Assembly (NCBI GenBank): GCA_019058365.1 | Contig: JAHPZE010000003.1 | Location: 224,001 to 288,000 of the forward strand | Source of the DNA: Promethearchaeota archaeon | GTDB lineage: Archaea; Asgardarchaeota; Lokiarchaeia; Sigyniarchaeales; SOKP01 | Direction of reading: 5' to 3' | Length of the DNA: 64,000 bases | In this document: positions 58,063-64,000 of the stretch, piece after piece | How positions within the stretch are numbered: the first letter of the stretch is position 1 | How the letters are laid out: each line of letters begins with the position of its first letter | Notes under the pieces: model-generated | What the model saw: only the letters and a program-made list of their open reading frames with translations | What the model was told of the DNA's origin: nothing | Database searches by the model: none | Position numbers and translations under genes: made by a program

Positions 58063-58419
58063 ATGACGAATATTGAAGAACTAAAAGAATTTGGCATTGA
58101 AATTACGGAAAATATGAAACAGGGGAAGGTTATAATAGATGTTTATACAACATGGTGCGGACCCTGCCGATTTTTAAGCCCAATATTAGAAAAATTAAAA
58201 GAGGAAGGACTAATTGAGTTAATAAAAGAAGATCTTGATCAAAACAGACCTCTTGGCGAAAAATTTGGTGTAACAGCAATACCTACACTTCTGTTTTTCA
58301 ATAATGGCGAATTATTAAATCATCCAATAGAGGTTCAAGGTCAATTGCTTGTTCGAAACGGTATTATGGTTGGAGCTGCTGGAGAACAAGTTATTAGGGA
58401 AATCGTTGATAGAATGTAG
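58063..58419 (+). CDS. trxA: Thioredoxin
   Basis: WCGPC active site and AIPTLLFF cis-Pro loop. Confidence 0.92.
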   Translation: MTNIEELKEFGIEITENMKQGKVIIDVYTTWCGPCRFLSPILEKLKEEGLIELIKEDLDQNRPLGEKFGVTAIPTLLFFNNGELLNHPIEVQGQLLVRNGIMVGAAGEQVIREIVDRM

Positions 58420-58615
58420 TTTAATCCTTTCCACGTATAAATTCATTTCCGCTTTTTAAATATTTTTTCTCTCTATTGGTAAATGTCAAAAAAAGAGATT
58501 AAAAAGTTATTTTTTTCTCCTTAAATAAAATTTGAATTTCATACAAATAATCTATGTATTGAAATAAAAATTTTTTATTTAATGAAATTTTTTCAATATT
58601 TAATTTAATATCAGA

Positions 58616-59143
58616 TTGGAAAAAAGAAATATGAATTTTTCAAGGAAAGAGCTAATAGAAACAGACGCAACGATGAATCAAATGAGAAATGCCATTTATA
58701 TATTGACACGATTAATGGAGAAAAATGGAATAAGTGATTCAAAAGATCATTTAAGAAGAATGGGACAAAATATTGCCAAAACTTATATTAACTATTGGCA
58801 ACCTACAAATATCGTTACAATAAATAATATCAAGGATGTTATAACAACTATATACCAAAAAGTTATGAATAGCGTAGTTTCTTTAGAAATCAATGAATTA
58901 GAAAGAGAAATTAGGGTTCAAGATTATAAATGTGCATTATGTAAGTATCAATACACTGATATAGAAATTGCAGGTTGTGAAATACTATTGGGGCTTATAT
59001 CTGAATTTATATCCCTTATAAGCAAGGAATCGTCTGATCCCTCATCAATTACTTTAGAACCATATAAAGTAAATGAATCTAGAGCTTATGGTAATAAATC
59101 GTGTATTCAAATATTCAAATATAAAATTGGAAAGGAGGGATAA
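58616..59143 (+). CDS. V4R / TRAPP Bet3-like protein
   Basis: LRRMGQNIA helix, CALC, GCEILLGLI and ESRAYG..SC motifs. Alternative ATG start at 58631. Confidence 0.65.
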   Translation: MEKRNMNFSRKELIETDATMNQMRNAIYILTRLMEKNGISDSKDHLRRMGQNIAKTYINYWQPTNIVTINNIKDVITTIYQKVMNSVVSLEINELEREIRVQDYKCALCKYQYTDIEIAGCEILLGLISEFISLISKESSDPSSITLEPYKVNESRAYGNKSCIQIFKYKIGKEG

Positions 59144-59145
59144 AC

Positions 59146-60618
59146 TTGGGTGCATTCCAATGGTTAATGAAAAAAATAACTAAAGTATTTGGACGATCCA
59201 CTAATGCGTTATTTTATACACTTTTATATCGAGAAATTCTTAAAGAGGTTAATGAAATTACTAATAATGAAAAAGAGAGCCTTATTATCCTCAGAGAAAT
59301 CGGAAAAAGATCAGCTTATGAATCATGTGAACGCCATTCAAGTATATTTAAATTTATGCCTGGGAACCCCAAAAAAGTTTTAGATTATTTTGAAATTCTA
59401 TGGGTTGTTGTTTTTGGAAGAGAATTAGAAGATTATACTTATGAAGAAATTCCTAAGGAGGAATCAAAATATAATGATTATATTTTAAAGATTAAAAATT
59501 GTCCAATTTGTGCTGGATATGGGCAAGATAAGGAAGATTCCTTTGATTTTGATAAAGTAAAAGATGATAAATCAGAAGGTTTAGCGTGTGGTTTATGTGG
59601 AATGTTAGAAAGTGTAGCTAATTTTATTTTGAAAACAAAACGGAACGATTATAGAATCCAAATAGTTGAACAAAAATGCATAGCTCGGGGTGGTGAATGT
59701 CTTCAATTTATTTGTAAAATTCATGATTATAAAGAATGGAAAGAACTGATGTCTTCTAGAACTGAAGAAAGGATTTCAACAGGGATTTATTTTGAAGAAA
59801 GTTTAGAAGAGGAAGAGATTGTTCAAGAAACCAAACTTGATATCATCGATAAACTCCAAGATGTTATTTCAATTGATAAATTAGAGGAATACCTTGATGA
59901 GCCTTTGGAATCAATAAAAGAGAGAGTTTCTGATATTATCAGAGATAAACTGAATATGGAACCTACACATTTCTTTGACTATTTCCGTAATTACGAGGAT
60001 GATATGATTCGGATAATAGGATACCTTGGAACTCATCTTATAAATGAATATGGGGGATTATTGGAAAAATCCTTTAAGAGTGAATGGTTTGCAAAAGTTT
60101 TTGGCTACATCTTCAAACAATTAAAAGAAATGACTCTATTATTCATTCCTTTAGATGTAATCCGTGATTATAATGAACTCTTAGTCAACTTTCTTGAAGG
60201 AGTAGCACCACAAGAAATGGTTGAGAATGTGAAACAATTTACCAGTAAAGATACAATAACTTATATCTTCGAAGGGGCTCAAATGGCGCTGCAGAATTTA
60301 GGAATTGATTTTTCTGAATTAAAAGAAAATGTTTGGGAAGAATTAAAAGCAGAACGGGAGGATGGATTAATATCTTCAGAAACTTCCACTATTGATAAAA
60401 CTCGTGAGCGTGTTCCTCAGATTATTAACATCCTTCAGGAATTACTAATGATAATTAATGATATTCTTACATTACCAATTAGAGTATTAATTTCAGAAAG
60501 CCATTATGGATTAAAGACAGCAATTAATTCCGTCGTTTCAGAAGAAGAAGGTTTATACGGTTCAATACGCGGGAAACTTGATAACATTTTTGACCAAATT
60601 CAAGATATAAGAAAATAA
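59146..60618 (+). CDS. V4R / TRAPP Bet3-like domain fused to a long acidic helical C-terminal region
   Basis: NALFYTLLY, LREIG, LWVVVFG, CPIC, CGLCGML and EQKCIARGGEC motifs. GGAGG SD before the TTG start. Confidence 0.7.
   Translation: MGAFQWLMKKITKVFGRSTNALFYTLLYREILKEVNEITNNEKESLIILREIGKRSAYESCERHSSIFKFMPGNPKKVLDYFEILWVVVFGRELEDYTYEEIPKEESKYNDYILKIKNCPICAGYGQDKEDSFDFDKVKDDKSEGLACGLCGMLESVANFILKTKRNDYRIQIVEQKCIARGGECLQFICKIHDYKEWKELMSSRTEERISTGIYFEESLEEEEIVQETKLDIIDKLQDVISIDKLEEYLDEPLESIKERVSDIIRDKLNMEPTHFFDYFRNYEDDMIRIIGYLGTHLINEYGGLLEKSFKSEWFAKVFGYIFKQLKEMTLLFIPLDVIRDYNELLVNFLEGVAPQEMVENVKQFTSKDTITYIFEGAQMALQNLGIDFSELKENVWEELKAEREDGLISSETSTIDKTRERVPQIINILQELLMIINDILTLPIRVLISESHYGLKTAINSVVSEEEGLYGSIRGKLDNIFDQIQDIRK
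60502..60600 (+). repeat. Direct repeat copy 1 (3' end of the V4R/Bet3-like gene)
   Basis: 99 bp, matches 62365-62463 at 86 of 99 positions with no gaps. Confidence 0.95.
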
Positions 60619-60865
60619 GTCCATGAGACCTAAATAAGGTGATTTTAGACTCCCGCAATTCAATCTTCTTCTATACTCCATTTTTCTTCAATTTGGTCTG
60701 GAGTCATAACATTAAACCAACTCCGAAAATCTCACCTAAAGTTAGAGGGATAGTATGTTTTTTTAATAATGAAGGTGTATATATTTTTTAAGCTCATACC
60801 CTTTTTTCTCATATTTATAGTCATATCTCTGCGATATTTAGATAAAATGGGTTTTAAATCTTTCG

Positions 60866-62137
60866 CTACCTTCTTTTTTTAAGGAATCCTTTTAATTCAT
60901 CTTCATAATATGTGAATCTCCAGAAATCTCCATCGGATTTAAATTCCCCACAAAAAGGACAAAAGTCAAATTCAGTTGATATTATATTTTTACAAAAGCC
61001 ACACTCAACATTTATTATTTCTTTTTTTTTTAACTTCTTTAAAAATTTTTTAAAATGATTTTTGTAAGGGAATTGTTTATCGAGAGCTAATGCTATAAGT
61101 TCAGCATTATCTATCTTTTTGGCGTTTTCTTTTATTGCTTGATATGCTTTTATATTATTGATTTCTCCAAGAGCCCATGCGGCAGCTTGACGTATTATCA
61201 AATCAAGCGATTCCATTTTTAATAACTCTATGAGAGGTTCTATTGCACTTATATCTTTCAATTTACCAAGTGCTAAAGCAGAACAAACACGTATTTTTTT
61301 ATTATTTTCTACTGAATATCGATTTTCATTTAAGAGATCTATTAGAAACCTTATATGTTTTTTGCTACCTATTCTTCCAAGTGTTCTAGGGATTTCATAT
61401 TTCCTTTCATCATCATAATCCTGATTTTTATAATATTCAATTAATGCTTCTATTGCTTTTACATCACCAATTCTAGCAAGCATTTCATGCACGTACTCTC
61501 TAACTGAATGATTAGAATCTTTTAAAGCTTCACATAAAGAATCTATAGGAAATATATCCATTTTTTCCTTATGATAAAATTGAGAAAAAACTAAATCTCT
61601 CAATTGGTTAGCCGCAGTTTTACGAACATCCTCTGAAAGATGAAATAAAGCATAGTTTAACTGTTCGATTACATTTATTCCACCAATGTTTTTTAATTTA
61701 TAGATTATTGATTTTATCATATCAATATCTTGTTCCTTATATAATTTATTGGTAAGAAGTTCAATTGCTTTAGGATTATCCCACCCTGACAAAATCTTTA
61801 AGGTAATATTAACAATTTCAGAATCATCATGATACAATGATTTTTCTAATACTTCTTGCCATGGACCTATAAATCCAGATATTTTACTAAATCCCAAGAA
61901 TTCTCGTATCGCATCCTCAGAACTACTATGATTATATTTTTTACCTATTTCCCAAAATTTCTTAGATAAATTATTAAGATCCTCTTTTTTATTCGTATGC
62001 AATGCTTCTCTCATTAATCGAAAGCTATCGCTAACTGATTGATCATGTTGGATTTCTCCTCGTTTTTCCAATAAAGCTATATATTTAATGTAACTCTCAA
62101 ATAATTGTTTTTCCTTTAATTTATCTTCTTCTGACAT
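60866..62137 (-). CDS. HEAT (PBS-lyase-like) repeat protein with C-terminal zinc ribbon
   Basis: Repeated VR..AA..LG.I.D..AI..LI units and CGFC...CPFCG. Confidence 0.85.
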   Translation of the reverse strand: MSEEDKLKEKQLFESYIKYIALLEKRGEIQHDQSVSDSFRLMREALHTNKKEDLNNLSKKFWEIGKKYNHSSSEDAIREFLGFSKISGFIGPWQEVLEKSLYHDDSEIVNITLKILSGWDNPKAIELLTNKLYKEQDIDMIKSIIYKLKNIGGINVIEQLNYALFHLSEDVRKTAANQLRDLVFSQFYHKEKMDIFPIDSLCEALKDSNHSVREYVHEMLARIGDVKAIEALIEYYKNQDYDDERKYEIPRTLGRIGSKKHIRFLIDLLNENRYSVENNKKIRVCSALALGKLKDISAIEPLIELLKMESLDLIIRQAAAWALGEINNIKAYQAIKENAKKIDNAELIALALDKQFPYKNHFKKFLKKLKKKEIINVECGFCKNIISTEFDFCPFCGEFKSDGDFWRFTYYEDELKGFLKKRR

Positions 62138-62364
62138 GGAGTTCAGATTCCCTCTTTTCTTATATTCAGTTGTTTCTCATAATTTAAATATCTTTTCGAT
62201 CATCTTATATATATACCTTATATAAAAGACCCACTTCACTCTCTTTATCCATAATTTCAATAAAAGTATAAAATCTTTAATTCAATTCTTCTCCCAAACT
62301 TTCTTTGAATCTTTCTACTCGTAGAATCATCTTTCACTTGATTAGAATTTCTCAATCTTTAGGT

Positions 62365-62463
62365 CATTATGAATTAAAAACAGCAATTAATTCGGTTGTA
62401 TCAGAAGAAGAAGGATTGTATGGGTCAATACGTGGGAAACTTGATATCATATTTGACCAGATT
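62365..62463 (+). repeat. Direct repeat copy 2: orphan fragment of the V4R/Bet3-like gene 3' end
   Basis: Encodes HYELKTAINSVVSEEEGLYGSIRGKLDIIFDQI versus HYGLKTAINSVVSEEEGLYGSIRGKLDNIFDQI in the intact gene. Confidence 0.95.
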
Positions 62464-62666
62464 TCTAATTTCGGATAGAATTTTTTTCGACTAGGATTAC
62501 CTGAAACTGCTAGTATTACATCTTGATCACTGTCAGGTCTATGTTCTTGTTTAGCTCGTGAACCTGCGGGAGTAATTTTCGCTAAACCTAGTTTAGAATT
62601 CTTTAACACGTTGGTAATGCTTATCAATTTTTTTTTGTAATGTTCATTTGGTAATTCTTGCTTCAT
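62464..62666 (-). pseudogene. 3'-truncated Pol-beta-superfamily nucleotidyltransferase
   Basis: AGSRAK-x6-SDQDV (GS...DxD). After about 68 codons the frame runs into the antisense strand of the duplicated fragment and stops at 62367. Confidence 0.7.
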
Positions 62667-62775
62667 GAGTAAAAATAAATCACTTACCTATTTATAACAT
62701 AACACCTTTAGTTTCAAATTGGAAATGATTTAAGTAATTTATTAGATTAGTTTAATATATATTAACATTAACACA

Positions 62776-63693
62776 ATGAGAAATTCAAGAATGGATATGG
62801 GAAATATTCGCGAAGTTGGTAATAATTTATTACAAAAACATGCGATTTTATATAAGAAATTGATTCAAATTCCAGAATCAAGAGAATTGATTTTCCTTAT
62901 TGACATTGAGAAAGATCTTAATATTGGAAAACCTCGTTTCCTAAATAGAAAATACACATGGTCTAAAGAATTATTAACAAAATTACACGATCACCTGGAA
63001 GATGTGTGGAGTTTTTTTGATTCATATTCACATTGGGTAGACAATTCTTTGATATCAATTATTTCATATACTAAAAGAAGTGAATCCAAGAAGTCAATTA
63101 TTTTTTTATTAGAAAATGATGTATGGGAAACTGATGAAGTTTATGGTGATTATGTAATTGAGAAAATGGAAAGCTTCACAATGGTTAGCTATTTTCGTTT
63201 CAATAAGAAAATGAAATCTTTTAAGATTGATACAATTGAGAATTCAAAAATTGAGAATTGGATATGTAATGATGTGTTTACACAAATTCAACAACAATTC
63301 TCTTACATCTGTTCTAAGATAGAAACTGAAATTAAAACCTGTATTGAGGAAAAATATCACAAAAAACCAAAATTATTGATTACATCTGATTATTTCAAGG
63401 AACAACTAAATAAAACTAAAGAAATGGCAGAATATTGGCCTGAGGCAGCTTTTTTAAGTATAGGGCGAATTTGTGAGATGTGGTTACTTACACAACTTAA
63501 TCTGGAAAGTACTGGATTTAATCAGGATTTACTAAAATTAGCTGAGAGATATAATATAGTTGACAAACACGAGTTCAAATTTTTAAAGAAAATTAGGAAA
63601 AACTACAATGATTTGAAACATAAGCGATATTATAATATAGACAAAGGTTTAATATTCAGCTTAATCAATTTTTTTTTAAAAATATTCAAATAA
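62776..63693 (+). CDS. Hypothetical protein with C-terminal HEPN/DUF4145-like domain
   Basis: AAFLSIGRICE.WL ... LKKIRKNYNDLKH, a HEPN-like helical pattern. Confidence 0.55.
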   Translation: MRNSRMDMGNIREVGNNLLQKHAILYKKLIQIPESRELIFLIDIEKDLNIGKPRFLNRKYTWSKELLTKLHDHLEDVWSFFDSYSHWVDNSLISIISYTKRSESKKSIIFLLENDVWETDEVYGDYVIEKMESFTMVSYFRFNKKMKSFKIDTIENSKIENWICNDVFTQIQQQFSYICSKIETEIKTCIEEKYHKKPKLLITSDYFKEQLNKTKEMAEYWPEAAFLSIGRICEMWLLTQLNLESTGFNQDLLKLAERYNIVDKHEFKFLKKIRKNYNDLKHKRYYNIDKGLIFSLINFFLKIFK

Positions 63694-64000
63694 CAATAAG
63701 TACTTCAAAAGTGATTTTGCTATAGAAACCAATTGGAAATCCTAAATTTTGGCTAATATCTTTGTTTTTGATAATATATTCGATCAAATTCAAGAAATAA
63801 GAAAATAGAATGTAATTTCGTTAAATTCACATTCCACATTATTTCATATTTTTTTTGTTACCATTCTTAATTTCTTTATTCTTGTAGATTTCATAAAACC
63901 AATTAACTATATATTGAAAGAAAAATCGTTCACGAAGAACATCATAATGAGATTTTTCTTTTAAACTTGTTAATTTTGCTATGTCTTCTGATTTTAATTT

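Noticed and set aside
60660-60735. Minus-strand peptide-like remnant (FRSWFNVMTPDQIEEKWSIEED)
   Set aside because: Too short and has no recognisable family. It could be debris of a lost gene, but this is not supportable.
26-61418. Numerous short ORFs antisense to or overlapping the long genes (e.g. 33556-33834 Gly-rich, 21053-21547, 18358-18774)
   Set aside because: Shadow frames of well-supported genes with no motifs of their own. The Gly-rich ORF simply mirrors the Pro codons.
60502-62463. 99-bp repeat pair as template/variable repeats of a diversity-generating retroelement
   Set aside because: Mismatches are not adenine-specific on either strand (they include C/G, C/T, T/A and A/G in both directions), are mostly synonymous, and no reverse transcriptase is present in the window.
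62367-62666. The 99-aa ORF as an intact minimal nucleotidyltransferase
   Set aside because: Its last ~31 codons are the antisense strand of the duplicated V4R-gene fragment, so it is treated as truncated.
1-64000. CRISPR array, rRNA, IS/transposase or integrase
   Set aside because: No regularly spaced repeats, no long GC-rich structural RNA, and no DDE or tyrosine-recombinase ORF seen.

Overview
Low-GC, gene-dense archaeal DNA whose gene content points to an Asgard archaeon, most likely Lokiarchaeia. That assignment is inferred from the combination of Topo VI, MCM/GINS, EndoQ, an intron-containing tRNA, F420 and LipS1/S2 genes, a Rab-like GTPase, and longin-like and Bet3/V4R-like proteins. 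1-33.5 kb is mostly chromosome maintenance and housekeeping: smc-scpA-scpB, valS, tRNA-Ala with a 32/33 intron, a glycyl radical enzyme, an orphan DNA methyltransferase, an AAA-VWA-SWIM operon, endoQ, coaBC, an expanded top6B plus top6A, pyrE, gins23, a membrane-anchored HEAT protein, mcm, a small GTPase and an HDAC. 34.8-47.1 kb is a seven-gene cell-envelope operon and the best candidate for an undescribed system. It encodes a giant transglutaminase-fold protein with a degenerate catalytic triad and Ig-like repeats, a second Ig-like membrane protein, paralogous DUF4129-like domains, a DUF4350-like protein, a MoxR AAA+, a DUF58/VWA protein and a polytopic membrane protein. 47-58 kb carries a combined F420/lipoate cluster (cofD, an FbiB-type cofE-nitroreductase fusion, lipS1, lplA, lipS2), a chimeric bacterial/archaeal LeuRS, a longin-like protein, a bacterial-type TPI, hdrC and a thioredoxin. 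58.6-64 kb has a tandem pair of Bet3/TRAPP-V4R-like genes followed by a variable region. In that region, 99 bp of the second gene's 3' end is duplicated 1.86 kb downstream with mostly synonymous differences; the copy truncates a nucleotidyltransferase that lies next to a HEPN-like gene. All calls come from motif recognition by eye; no database searches were run.
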